The translations under genes were made by a program, and so were the position numbers. Shown piece after piece: positions 39,512 to 48,431 of a DNA stretch of 64,000 nucleotides. A model generated the notes under the pieces. It was not told the DNA's origin. It saw nothing but the letters and a program-made list of their open reading frames with translations, and did not search any database. Origin of the DNA: a virus; UHGV virus genome UHGV-1421865, one strand, 5' to 3'. Position 1 is the stretch's first letter; every line of letters begins with the position of its first letter.

Positions 39512-39760
39512 ATGGATATAGAAGAATTCTTAGACGCCGGCGGACTGGAACTGGAAAAGAAATATACGCTGGAGTTCAATAAAGGCTTCTCCGCTGTCGT
39601 CGATGCTATTATAAAAGACTATAATTTAGAAGACGATATATATCATTCCGAAAACGGCCCCGCGATATTAACAGTATTCAGAGAACTGGCATTAAGTATG
39701 TTCAATTGCGGTGCGGAATTTGTCCTCGACAACAATACTGCAATCGACAGTTTTGAGTGA
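39512..39760 (+). CDS. Hypothetical protein (82 aa) directly after nrdD. Not NrdG-like, as it has no Cys cluster.
   Basis: ORF only. Confidence 0.4.
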   Translation: MDIEEFLDAGGLELEKKYTLEFNKGFSAVVDAIIKDYNLEDDIYHSENGPAILTVFRELALSMFNCGAEFVLDNNTAIDSFE

Positions 39761-39778
39761 TTTATTATATAACATATA

Positions 39779-39826
39779 AGACACTGTTTTGTAGACGCTG
39801 GTAGACTACTAAAACAGTGTCTTTAT
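39779..39826 (+). terminator. Hairpin agacactgtttt-20 nt-aaaacagtgtct followed by ttat.
   Basis: Perfect 12-bp inverted repeat after the nrdD operon. Confidence 0.45.
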
Positions 39827-39847
39827 AGTCTACTTATGAAACTGTGG

Positions 39848-39930
39848 AAAATCTCGCCTGTATCGCGTTATTTTTCTTTAGCCTTAGTACTACTAAGGTC
39901 AACTAATTTGGACGCGATACGGACCAAATA
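39848..39930 (-). repeat. Half-copy (3' hairpin domain only) of the structured repeat element, inverted orientation.
   Basis: Reverse complement reads ccgtatcgcgtccaaattagttgaccttagtagtactaaggctaaagaaaaataacgcgatacagg...gattttc. Confidence 0.5.
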
Positions 39931-40031
39931 AACGCTGTTTATGACGATTCTAGGATTGTACTGTAGGTTATGAAAAGTATAAGTCATCGAAATTCAACAA
40001 AAATAAGACTAAAATAACAACAAAACAATAT

Positions 40032-42428
40032 ATGAAACAAGAAAATATAGAACGACCTTGGTGGTTGAACGAAGAGTCGGAAACAATCCTTAAACGGGGT
40101 TACTTTTTAGAAGGTGAAGAATTAGAAGACGCGTTGGAACGTATCTGTTCGTCGACAGCTCGTTATCTCGGCGATGTAAAAGATCCCTTTATAAAAGACA
40201 AATTCAAATATATCATTCGTAAAGGTTGGATGTCGTTGTCGTCTCCTGTATGGGCCAATGCCGGGACAGACAGAGGACTACCTATATCGTGTATGGGTCT
40301 GCATGTCGACGATAATATGAAAAGTATTATAGCGAAACACGGAGAAACTGCGATGCACACTAAACAAGGTGCCGGTACATCGGGCTATTTCGGTGACTTA
40401 CGAGGTCGCGGTGCAGCTATCACAAACAACGGCGAATCGTCCGGTGCTGTATCTTTTATGCGCATGTGGGACACTATGATGCAGGTTGTGAGTCAGGGAT
40501 CTTGTTATGTAGAAGGTACAGAGGTACTTACCGACAAAGGCTTCAAAGATTTCAGAGACGTTGACCCTACTAAGGACAAGATTGGTCAAATAACAAAAGA
40601 TAATGAACTAATATATACTACTGTCGGTGGTTATGAATTAACAAAAAAAGAATATAACGGCGATGTAATTACATTCAAAGACGTAAACGATTCTTTTGAA
40701 ATTACAGTGACACCGAATCATAGAATGATGTTTACCGATGACGGCAGCGGATTCAAAGAATGTAAGGCGGAAGATTTAGACATCGGTGATAATTGGGATT
40801 TTCACCTTGTTCCGACAAGACATTTAGGTCTAAAAGACGCTTACTTGAACATTGCACGAGAATTAGAATCGTTAGGTGACGGTTATAATGCTTTTATATA
40901 TGACATTTTACAACTTCCGGACGATGAAAACCTACTGGTAGCGTCTGTAACACGTATACCGAATGAACTTGTAGAAAAAATCAATGTTGCTTTTATTAAA
41001 CAAGGATTTTCTACTGAGTTATATAAACAAGACTCTTATTATAATTTAGTTTACAATGTAAAGCGCAATACGGTATCGAGTAAGTATATACAAAAGCATT
41101 CAAATCCATATAATGGTATGGTATATTGTTGTATTGTTCCAGAAGGTCGTATATTAGTACGTTATAAAGGAAAAACATTAGTGTGCGGTAATACACGTCG
41201 CGGAAGTTTCGCAGCGTACCTACCTATCGACCACCCCGACATCGACGAGTTTATTCGTATTAGAAGTATCGGGCATGATATTCAGACCCTGTTCCATGCC
41301 GTTTGCGTTCCCGACTACTGGATGCAGGAAATGATCGACGGCGATAGAGATAAACGAAGTATATGGGCGAAGGTATTAAAATCGAGACAACAAACGGGTC
41401 TTCCTTATATATTCTTTTCCGATAATGTGAACAATAATAAACCGGATATATATAAAGCGACAAATTCAGCAATTCGTCATAGCAACCTATGCGCAGAAAT
41501 CGCCTTACCCGATAACGAAAACGAAACGTTTATTTGTTGTCTTTGTTCTATCAACCTCGCACTGTACGACGAGTGGATAAAAGAATGTCCCGAGCTACCG
41601 GAATTGGCAACTTATTTCTTAGACGGTATCATATCGGAATATATAGACAAAACAAAAGACGATCCTTATATGGCGGCGGCACGTAATTTCGCTATTCGTC
41701 ATCGCGCTATCGGTATCGGTGTAATGGGTTGGCATTCGTATCTACAAAGTAATATGATAGCGTTCGAGTCGTTACAGGCGAATTTGTTGACAAATAAGAT
41801 ATTCCGTCGTATTTCCGAAGGTACCAAGAAAGCGTCGAAGGAATTAGCCGAACTACTCGGTCCCGCTCCGATTTTCGACGAGAAAATGCCCGACGGTTCT
41901 TTATATAACGGTATTAAATACAGAAACACCACTACCATGGCTATTGCACCAACGACGTCGAGCAGTGCTATTTTAGGACAGGTATCGCCCGGCATTGAAC
42001 CGTATATGAGTAATTACTATAAAGTAGGTCTCGCCAAGGGTAACTTTATGCGTCGGAATAAATATCTCCAACGTCTATTAAAAGAAAAAGACCGCGATAC
42101 AGACGAAGTATGGCGATCTATCATGGAACACCAAGGTTCGGTACAACATCTCGACTTTCTTTCAGACGACGAAAAAGCGGTATTTAAGACATTTAGAGAA
42201 ATAAGCCAGCACGATTTAGTCACACAAGCCGGTATACGGCAGAAATATGTCGACCAGGCACAGTCGTTGAACTTGTGCATTCCACCATCGCTACCGGTAA
42301 AAGAAGTAAACGCACTGATAATCTACGCCTGGCAATCTGGTATTAAATCGTTATATTATCAACGCAGCGTTTCTGTATCGAAAGAGAACTCGTCACAGGT
42401 AACGGTATGCTCGTCTTGTGAGTCTTAA
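40032..42428 (+). CDS. Ribonucleotide reductase catalytic subunit with no ATP-cone (class II NrdJ-like or class I alpha), interrupted by an intein.
   Basis: Active-site RHSNLCAEI. C-terminal SLYYQRS...CSSCES tail. N-terminal TILKRGYF. Extein junction VVSQGS/TRRGSFAAYLPIDHPDIDEF matches the conserved QGG(T)RRGA loop. Confidence 0.85.
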   Translation: MKQENIERPWWLNEESETILKRGYFLEGEELEDALERICSSTARYLGDVKDPFIKDKFKYIIRKGWMSLSSPVWANAGTDRGLPISCMGLHVDDNMKSIIAKHGETAMHTKQGAGTSGYFGDLRGRGAAITNNGESSGAVSFMRMWDTMMQVVSQGSCYVEGTEVLTDKGFKDFRDVDPTKDKIGQITKDNELIYTTVGGYELTKKEYNGDVITFKDVNDSFEITVTPNHRMMFTDDGSGFKECKAEDLDIGDNWDFHLVPTRHLGLKDAYLNIARELESLGDGYNAFIYDILQLPDDENLLVASVTRIPNELVEKINVAFIKQGFSTELYKQDSYYNLVYNVKRNTVSSKYIQKHSNPYNGMVYCCIVPEGRILVRYKGKTLVCGNTRRGSFAAYLPIDHPDIDEFIRIRSIGHDIQTLFHAVCVPDYWMQEMIDGDRDKRSIWAKVLKSRQQTGLPYIFFSDNVNNNKPDIYKATNSAIRHSNLCAEIALPDNENETFICCLCSINLALYDEWIKECPELPELATYFLDGIISEYIDKTKDDPYMAAARNFAIRHRAIGIGVMGWHSYLQSNMIAFESLQANLLTNKIFRRISEGTKKASKELAELLGPAPIFDEKMPDGSLYNGIKYRNTTTMAIAPTTSSSAILGQVSPGIEPYMSNYYKVGLAKGNFMRRNKYLQRLLKEKDRDTDEVWRSIMEHQGSVQHLDFLSDDEKAVFKTFREISQHDLVTQAGIRQKYVDQAQSLNLCIPPSLPVKEVNALIIYAWQSGIKSLYYQRSVSVSKENSSQVTVCSSCES
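40503..41192 (+). other. Intein (230 aa) inside the RNR gene.
   Basis: Starts CYVEGTEVLTDKGF (block A). TPNH (block B TxxH). Ends ...LVCGN followed by extein Thr. Penultimate Gly instead of His. Confidence 0.75.
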
Positions 42429-42454
42429 TACGTCGACTAAAATAATAACATCTA

Positions 42455-42535
42455 AAAATTTGCCCTGTATCGCGCTGTTTTTTGTTAAGGCTTGGAGTAC
42501 CAAGGTCACTACATTTGGACGCGATACAGGACAAA
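42455..42535 (-). repeat. Half-copy (3' hairpin domain) of the structured repeat element, inverted orientation, downstream of the RNR gene.
   Basis: gccctgtatcgcg...ggcttggagtaccaaggtc...cgcgatacaggac. The reverse complement ends caaatttttag. Confidence 0.5.
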
Positions 42536-42654
42536 TATGGTATGGAACACACAGCGTTCCACTACGCTGTTACCAAAGAATCGATTCTAAGTTTATACAT
42601 GTCAGTATACAAAACATAAACCTGCGAATCGCTAACAAAATAGCCCATTAAAGT

Positions 42655-42757
42655 AACACCGTGTGGGGCACGTTGTGTGTGCCGTAACACTGTGCGGGAC
42701 ACGTTGTGTGTACCATCTTGATGCTTTGCATCAAATTGTTCACAAAGTGAACATAAC
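42655..42757 (+). promoter_or_regulatory. Upstream regulatory block with direct repeats cacgttgtgtgt(g/a)cc x2 and twin perfect palindromes ttgatgctttgcatcaa and tgttcacaaagtgaaca.
   Basis: 61-nt segment 42697-42757 is identical to 57657-57717, upstream of an unrelated gene. Confidence 0.55.
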
Positions 42758-42824
42758 TGATTTAGTCTGTAAAGCGTACTATAATAAGATGTGTAAATGT
42801 TGAACTTTTTTATATATAAAAACT

Positions 42825-43736
42825 ATGACAGAAAATTTCGAAGACCTTATCAATGAAATCTATCGTGACATCGCAGTGTTGTCGTTCCCGTTTCATATTA
42901 AATCGAAGTTTTATAGGACAAACAGAAACATTAACATCGAAGTAAAAACTATCAGTGATGTAAAAACAGCGTTGTTGCAATTTATTAAAGAAGCAGCTCC
43001 GTCTATCGATGATGTATCTGTTAATTTTGAACTTTATAACGATACTTTCAAGAAGACGTACAATGTGTACAATCCATATCTCTCAGATACCGACGAGCTT
43101 TTCGAGATCACTTTTGCTGAAACTAAGAAAACTGATAAGGAAGAAATTAGCTTGTACGAAGGCGGCGTTTCTGGGTGGGAAGATATTCTAAAAGAGTTGG
43201 AAGATGTTTATAACATCAAGATTACTAAAACATCAGCTTGGGACGATTGTGATTTCTCCGAAAATCTTTTTCATCTCGAGTACGATTTCATCACTATACG
43301 AGGTGGAGAGTTTACAGATTATGCAACCGTCACAAAATCCGACTTAGTGATTATCGCTACGGTGTTGTCTTTTCATCGTATCAATCAAATTTTGGTGTTG
43401 TCAGAACTGTCTGTCGACGCACAGTCGTTATTGAAGAATCTTTATTATAAAGATAATATCTATGTAGTAAGTCCAGATAATCCGATGGCGGCACATATCG
43501 CAGGTAAAGCTGATGTTATCATTAGCGACTGCATGGACTATAACCACATCAACATTTGGGATCTTCATAAGGGCGTTACTATTGTGAATCTCAATCATAA
43601 CGCTAAGTTCATTAACCCTCTCAAAGAACGTCACTACGATAATGTAGATAAAATCTATTATATCGGTGAACGTGAAATGGATGTCGTCGCTTGCAAAACG
43701 ATGATTAAGTTGTGGAACGAAACAAAAAGTGAATGA
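42825..43736 (+). CDS. Hypothetical protein (303 aa).
   Basis: ORF between the RNR gene and folD, 8-nt overlap with folD. No recognisable motif. Confidence 0.5.
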   Translation: MTENFEDLINEIYRDIAVLSFPFHIKSKFYRTNRNINIEVKTISDVKTALLQFIKEAAPSIDDVSVNFELYNDTFKKTYNVYNPYLSDTDELFEITFAETKKTDKEEISLYEGGVSGWEDILKELEDVYNIKITKTSAWDDCDFSENLFHLEYDFITIRGGEFTDYATVTKSDLVIIATVLSFHRINQILVLSELSVDAQSLLKNLYYKDNIYVVSPDNPMAAHIAGKADVIISDCMDYNHINIWDLHKGVTIVNLNHNAKFINPLKERHYDNVDKIYYIGEREMDVVACKTMIKLWNETKSE

Positions 43737-44619
43737 TATGGTAAATTTAGACGGTAAATTGTTAAGTAACAAAATCATCAGCAACATTCGAATTGAATTA
43801 GCCGAGTCAGAGTGTGAAAGACAACCTAAACTGGTTATTTTAACAGTCGGTTCAGATCCGGCGTCGGAAGTATATGTTCGCAATAAGGTAAGGGCTTGTG
43901 AGCGCGCCGGTATGCTGGCGGAACATGTTAAGATTGTTGAAGATGTCGATTGGTTAAAGAACTTGACCGACTACATCAAACAGTACAATATAGACGACAG
44001 TACAGACGGTATTATTGTACAACTACCCTTGCCCGACCCAACGCTTACTAATTATGTTGTTGACTTGATTGATCCTATTAAAGATGTCGACGGTTTCGGT
44101 GTGTACAATATGGGCATGCTGACACAGAATTCTGCACAGTTCCACCACGTACCGGCAACGGTAGCGGGTATAGTTTCTCTTATAAACGAATACAATATCG
44201 AAACAGAAGGTAAAAACGTGGTTGTGTTGGGTCGTTCCAATATCGTCGGTCGTCCCCTAAGCATATTACTATCACAAGTACCGTACAATGCGAATGTTAC
44301 TGTACTGCATTCTAAGTCGGACTTCACTAGCGGGCTTACGAAGGAACTGGTACAAACCGCAGACATTCTGGTGTCGGCTACCGGTGATGAAGACGTAATA
44401 AATATGCCGTTATATAATAAAGTGTTGATCGACGTCGGTATTCATCGGTCGGAAAGCGGTAAACTGTACGGTGACGTACGAGACAAATTTACGACATGTG
44501 TAGAGTCGAAAACTCCGGTACCAGGTGGCGTAGGTCCCATGACAGTAGCGTCGCTGATCGAGAACACTTACAATGCGTTTGTACACCGTGAACGTAAAGT
44601 TGACATAACAAATTGGTAA
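43729..44619 (+). CDS. folD: Bifunctional methylenetetrahydrofolate dehydrogenase / methenyl-THF cyclohydrolase.
   Basis: PKLVILTVGSDPASEVYVRNKVRACERAG, VVVLGRSNIVGRPLS and TPVPGGVGPMT match FolD signatures. Confidence 0.85.
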   Translation: MNDMVNLDGKLLSNKIISNIRIELAESECERQPKLVILTVGSDPASEVYVRNKVRACERAGMLAEHVKIVEDVDWLKNLTDYIKQYNIDDSTDGIIVQLPLPDPTLTNYVVDLIDPIKDVDGFGVYNMGMLTQNSAQFHHVPATVAGIVSLINEYNIETEGKNVVVLGRSNIVGRPLSILLSQVPYNANVTVLHSKSDFTSGLTKELVQTADILVSATGDEDVINMPLYNKVLIDVGIHRSESGKLYGDVRDKFTTCVESKTPVPGGVGPMTVASLIENTYNAFVHRERKVDITNW

Positions 44620-44718
44620 TCAATGAGTAAAATATCAGTCTAAGTGACACCGAAACGCTGATTTGGTTACATTTTCTGGCTATTCTTATACATGACAAAC
44701 AAATTAAATATATAAGAA

Positions 44719-44865
44719 TATGCACACGAAAACGAAAGTAAATCCGATGTCGGAACCTACGCTCAGTCCCACACAGCTACGTTATAAGATAGAACGATAC
44801 AAATCGATGGGATTAGGTGTTCAAGCACAACAGTTAAACAGTCTCCTACGGGCCTTAGAGTCGTA
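44719..44865 (+). CDS. Possible small ORF (48 aa) whose 3' end overlaps a terminator hairpin. Speculative.
   Basis: Manual translation MHTKTKVNPMSEPTLSPTQLRYKIERYKSMGLGVQAQQLNSLLRALES. Confidence 0.2.
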
Positions 44866-44883
44866 AGAGACTGTTTTGTTTTT
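44836..44883 (+). terminator. Intrinsic terminator aaacagtctc-loop-gagactgttttgttttt.
   Basis: 10-bp stem plus T-tract between folD and the sigma factor gene. Confidence 0.6.
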
Positions 44884-44956
44884 ACAAACATATAAAATAG
44901 TGTGATTTATTACATTATGATTACTATATACAAAATATATACAATAAATATAAAAT

Positions 44957-46129
44957 ATGCCGTTAAAAAGAATAAGTAAAAGAACAAAAGAACAGATTGA
45001 AGATCTACGACTTATATACGATAACGACCAAATCGATATTCTAAATGATATAATTATCAACGATATTCGTTATATTGCTGAATGTAAAGAGAACGACATT
45101 CTGGACTTTTATATTAAATACTACAGGCAGAATGTCGCTGACGATCCAGACTACAAGTTAACCGACGAGACGATTCCGGAACTACAGCTCGATGTGCGTT
45201 CTAAACTGGCGTCTAAATACATCTCTACCGATCCGTTCGAGAATTCTATCGATGCGTATTTCAATAGTGTTAGTAAAGAATACATTCTGTGTCCTATAAA
45301 CACCTCTAACGAACTAGAAGCGTTACCGGAGAATCGTGATATTTTTGTAAAGAACAATCTAAAAACGGTTATCAACTGTGCGAAACGATATAGGGGCTTG
45401 GGTGTACCGTTCGAAGACTTGATTCAAGCCGGTAATTTAGGGCTACTGGAAGCGTACAAAAAGTTCGACGGCTCGAAAGCACAGCTTAGAAATGCTATCA
45501 TCGACGACATTAAAAATTCTACACTCGACAAATTTACGTACGACGAAGCCGCAGAACTTGTAAAGTCCAACCATACTTACGGTACACAAGAAGATAAGGT
45601 GGTAAAGAAGATTCCGAAAAGAGGTTTCGACAGTAAAGAAGACTTTATAGACTGGACAGAAAAAAACATCAAGAAAGCGTTGTTTTCGTCATTAGGATTT
45701 ATCTGGTGTCGAACATGGGTGACCAACGAGATCACAAATTATGTTAATATAGTAAAAGTCCCTAATTCAAAGAAGCCCGATACTCGTTTTTATAACTTAG
45801 ACGATACTAATCCGTATACCGACGATAATTTTAACGACAACATCTTTTATGATCCGGGACTGGTCGACGAAATGAGCGACATGGAATTGGAAGAACATAA
45901 CGATCATGTTAAAAAGACCATTAAGACACTGTTAGACGTTCTAAATCCTAGGGAGCGTCGTGTGGTATCGATGATGTACGGTATCGACTATCCGGGTGAG
46001 ATGAGTAAAGAAGATATTGCCGAAGTAGAAGGTATTACTGTTCGAGATGTTAAGTTGATATGGCAATATGCACAAAAGAAATGGCAGCGAACAATTCAAC
46101 GTCAAGGTCTTAAACTGTACAGTGAATGA
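44957..46129 (+). CDS. Sigma-70 family RNA polymerase sigma factor.
   Basis: Region 2 (NLKTVINCAKRYRGLGVPFEDLIQAGNLGLLEAYKKFD) and region 4 HTH (LNPRERRVVSMMYGIDYPGEMSKEDIAEVEGITVRDVKLIWQYAQKK). Confidence 0.8.
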   Translation: MPLKRISKRTKEQIEDLRLIYDNDQIDILNDIIINDIRYIAECKENDILDFYIKYYRQNVADDPDYKLTDETIPELQLDVRSKLASKYISTDPFENSIDAYFNSVSKEYILCPINTSNELEALPENRDIFVKNNLKTVINCAKRYRGLGVPFEDLIQAGNLGLLEAYKKFDGSKAQLRNAIIDDIKNSTLDKFTYDEAAELVKSNHTYGTQEDKVVKKIPKRGFDSKEDFIDWTEKNIKKALFSSLGFIWCRTWVTNEITNYVNIVKVPNSKKPDTRFYNLDDTNPYTDDNFNDNIFYDPGLVDEMSDMELEEHNDHVKKTIKTLLDVLNPRERRVVSMMYGIDYPGEMSKEDIAEVEGITVRDVKLIWQYAQKKWQRTIQRQGLKLYSE

Positions 46130-46215
46130 TCTTGTATAGTCTTGTGAAGTCTTGTGAATTATAGAGTAGTGTCTTGTATAGTCTTGTTTGTAGATCGTAC
46201 TGATCTTGTACTGTC
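46130..46215. repeat. Cluster of tcttgta(t/c)ag iterons (six copies or more).
   Basis: tcttgtatagtcttgtgaagtcttgtgaa...gtcttgtatagtcttgtttg...gatcttgtactgtc. Reverse complement of the 27185-27290 repeats. Confidence 0.55.
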
Positions 46216-46292
46216 TACGTTGATTTTGTTCGTAAACTGTGCTATAATATAAACATAGAAACAAATCAATAACACCTAAAGCAATACAGACA

Positions 46293-46895
46293 ATGAAATT
46301 TAAGTATCAACCTCAAACGAAGGAAGAACTCATCCAAATCATCAAAGACGAAACGCAACGTCAACTCGATGAGGCGTACGAAAGATACAATGACTTTGAA
46401 GAGAACGATGAGGACGACGAGTCGTTTGATGACGAGTATGAGTTGTATGAACAAGAAGGTCTTGTAACTATCGATCTTAACTTTATCGATGTGTCTAAGA
46501 TCACAGACATGTCTTATGTGTTCCACGAAGCACTTTCGTACGAGGATCTTGACATCGAGTTTGACGATTTCCAAGGTTTCTATCTGTTGATCGACCGCTG
46601 GGACGTTAGCAACGTTACGAACATGGAAGGTATGTTCCAAGAGGTTGAGTTTAGCGCTGATTTGTACGACTGGAACGTGTCCAATGTGAAGAATATGTCT
46701 TATATGTTCGATGAGTGTGGACTATTTGATTCTAATTTGTCTAGTTGGGACACGAGCAAAGTAGAAAAAATGAAAGGCATGTTTGGTGAAGAAAACTACT
46801 GTTTCGATGCAGACACAATCAAAGGTTGGGATGTGTCCGGTCTAAAAGATAAAACAGACTACGAAAGAATTTTAGAACGTCTTAGTGACTGCTGA
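46293..46895 (+). CDS. DUF285-type paralog, head subtype B (MKFKYQPQTKEELIQIIKDETQRQLDEAY), with an acidic insert.
   Basis: Same alternative head as 25907-26467. 4 repeats. Confidence 0.75.
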   Translation: MKFKYQPQTKEELIQIIKDETQRQLDEAYERYNDFEENDEDDESFDDEYELYEQEGLVTIDLNFIDVSKITDMSYVFHEALSYEDLDIEFDDFQGFYLLIDRWDVSNVTNMEGMFQEVEFSADLYDWNVSNVKNMSYMFDECGLFDSNLSSWDTSKVEKMKGMFGEENYCFDADTIKGWDVSGLKDKTDYERILERLSDC

Positions 46896-46917
46896 TACAA
46901 CTAACGTAAAAAACAAA

Positions 46918-47100
46918 ATGGCAATTCATATCACTAGCAAAACAATGCCGTATGTCGAACCGACACCGGTTGTAGAAAATAAGAACACTTATTTCAGCCC
47001 GTTTATGGATCCCCATAGTAATGTCGTATACGATTTGTCCGACTGGGACATTCCTGACCCTGATAAAGTGTGGGATTTGTCTAATTGGGATTTTGTATGA
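46918..47100 (+). CDS. Decayed mini-paralog (60 aa). MAIHITSKT head remnant plus degenerate DLSDWD / DLSNWD repeats.
   Basis: Head prefix conserved but the QGPDADLN core is lost. Confidence 0.4.
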   Translation: MAIHITSKTMPYVEPTPVVENKNTYFSPFMDPHSNVVYDLSDWDIPDPDKVWDLSNWDFV

Positions 47101-47127
47101 CACTTAAAGAAATAAAAGAACAAGTAT

Positions 47128-47475
47128 ATGGAACAAGGAGCACTTAATTGGTTGGAAAGGGAGACAAAGTCGATGCTCGGTATCGTCAAGTCGTTGTATC
47201 TTGATACTATAGACGAATTTGAAGAAAGTGGTCTACTGAATGACGAAAGGAAAAAGCAACAATCTTTCACAGAGGACAGCATCAGAGCACTGGAACGCAA
47301 GTATGACGAACTTTTACGGACAATAAACTACTATGATCAAATTGATTGTGTAGAAGGTGCCGAAAGAACTATTTTAATCCATTGGGGTTCTTTTAGTGAA
47401 CTATATAATGATGCATTAAATCACCTTGATAAATTAGACGAACATGTTTTCAGAACAACTGAAGAACAAGATTGA
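47128..47475 (+). CDS. Hypothetical protein (115 aa).
   Basis: ORF only. Confidence 0.45.
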   Translation: MEQGALNWLERETKSMLGIVKSLYLDTIDEFEESGLLNDERKKQQSFTEDSIRALERKYDELLRTINYYDQIDCVEGAERTILIHWGSFSELYNDALNHLDKLDEHVFRTTEEQD

Positions 47476-47983
47476 GAATATCAAGTCGGCTATCGAGGCC
47501 GAGAAACAAAGGATGTACGATAAGGCTCGCCACGATTTCTGTACGTTTGAAGACTACGTACGAGAAATGAAGCCTTATTTCGATACGTTGTTTGCTAATA
47601 AAGATGATCTGATTGCTATCGATAAGAAGGTGTTCAGTTTGGATTTTTGTACTATTCATATCGATTCGTGTACGGTAGTATTTTCGTCTCGCGACACTGG
47701 TTCTTCGGAATGGTTGAAAGTCACTGTACAGTCCAATAATACTGGCGGTCTGTGTTTCGAATACAAAGTCACCGATAGTGGTCTAAGTGGTGCACATCTA
47801 ACTTTCCCGTTCCCTCGCGATGTAGACTATACCGTATCGTCGTTCGATGAGCTAGTTCAGACATCTAAACATGACTGTTGGATTAACTTCTTTATAAACG
47901 AACTGTCGAAAATAAACAGATGCTTACGAGTAAATGTAGACAGTCCCGATAGTGTTGGTGGTTGTATTTTGAATTTTTTGTAA
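47444..47983 (+). CDS. Hypothetical protein (179 aa).
   Basis: ORF only. Confidence 0.45.
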   Translation: MFSEQLKNKIENIKSAIEAEKQRMYDKARHDFCTFEDYVREMKPYFDTLFANKDDLIAIDKKVFSLDFCTIHIDSCTVVFSSRDTGSSEWLKVTVQSNNTGGLCFEYKVTDSGLSGAHLTFPFPRDVDYTVSSFDELVQTSKHDCWINFFINELSKINRCLRVNVDSPDSVGGCILNFL

Positions 47984-47991
47984 TATGTAAT

Positions 47992-48429
47992 ATGCCACCA
48001 ACTATAAAACCATCAATCAAACCGGTGCTCAGAGCTATCATAGAGATAGAGTTGAAACAACAAGGTCCCGATGCCGACTTGAACCATATTGATACATCGG
48101 AGATTACCGACATGAAAGAACTGTTTGTTGGTCTAAAGATTCGAAACATCAAAATCGACAAATGGGATGTCTCTAACGTTACGAACATGCAAGGGATGTT
48201 CTCCGGTTGTACAGAGTTCAATTGTGATCTGTCGAACTGGAATGTATCCAATGTGGAAAATATGAATTGTATGTTTTTTGACGCTAGGTTATTTACTTCG
48301 CGTCTCTTCAGTTGGAATCTTTCTAAGATACCGAAGAAAAGGATGATGTTTCACGGTGCATGTATGTTTATTAGGACACTTTACTCAATGAATGAATTTA
48401 CATTAGAAGAACTTTGTGACGCATTTTAG
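47992..48429 (+). CDS. DUF285-type paralog with a divergent N-terminus (MPPTIKPSIKPVLRAIIEIELKQQGPDADLNHIDTS).
   Basis: Core head plus 3 repeats. An alternative upstream start at 47962 overlaps the previous gene. Confidence 0.7.
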   Translation: MPPTIKPSIKPVLRAIIEIELKQQGPDADLNHIDTSEITDMKELFVGLKIRNIKIDKWDVSNVTNMQGMFSGCTEFNCDLSNWNVSNVENMNCMFFDARLFTSRLFSWNLSKIPKKRMMFHGACMFIRTLYSMNEFTLEELCDAF

Positions 48430-48431
48430 TT

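Noticed and set aside
39512-39760. 82-aa ORF after nrdD as the NrdG activase
   Set aside because: It has no CxxxCxxC cluster and is too short.
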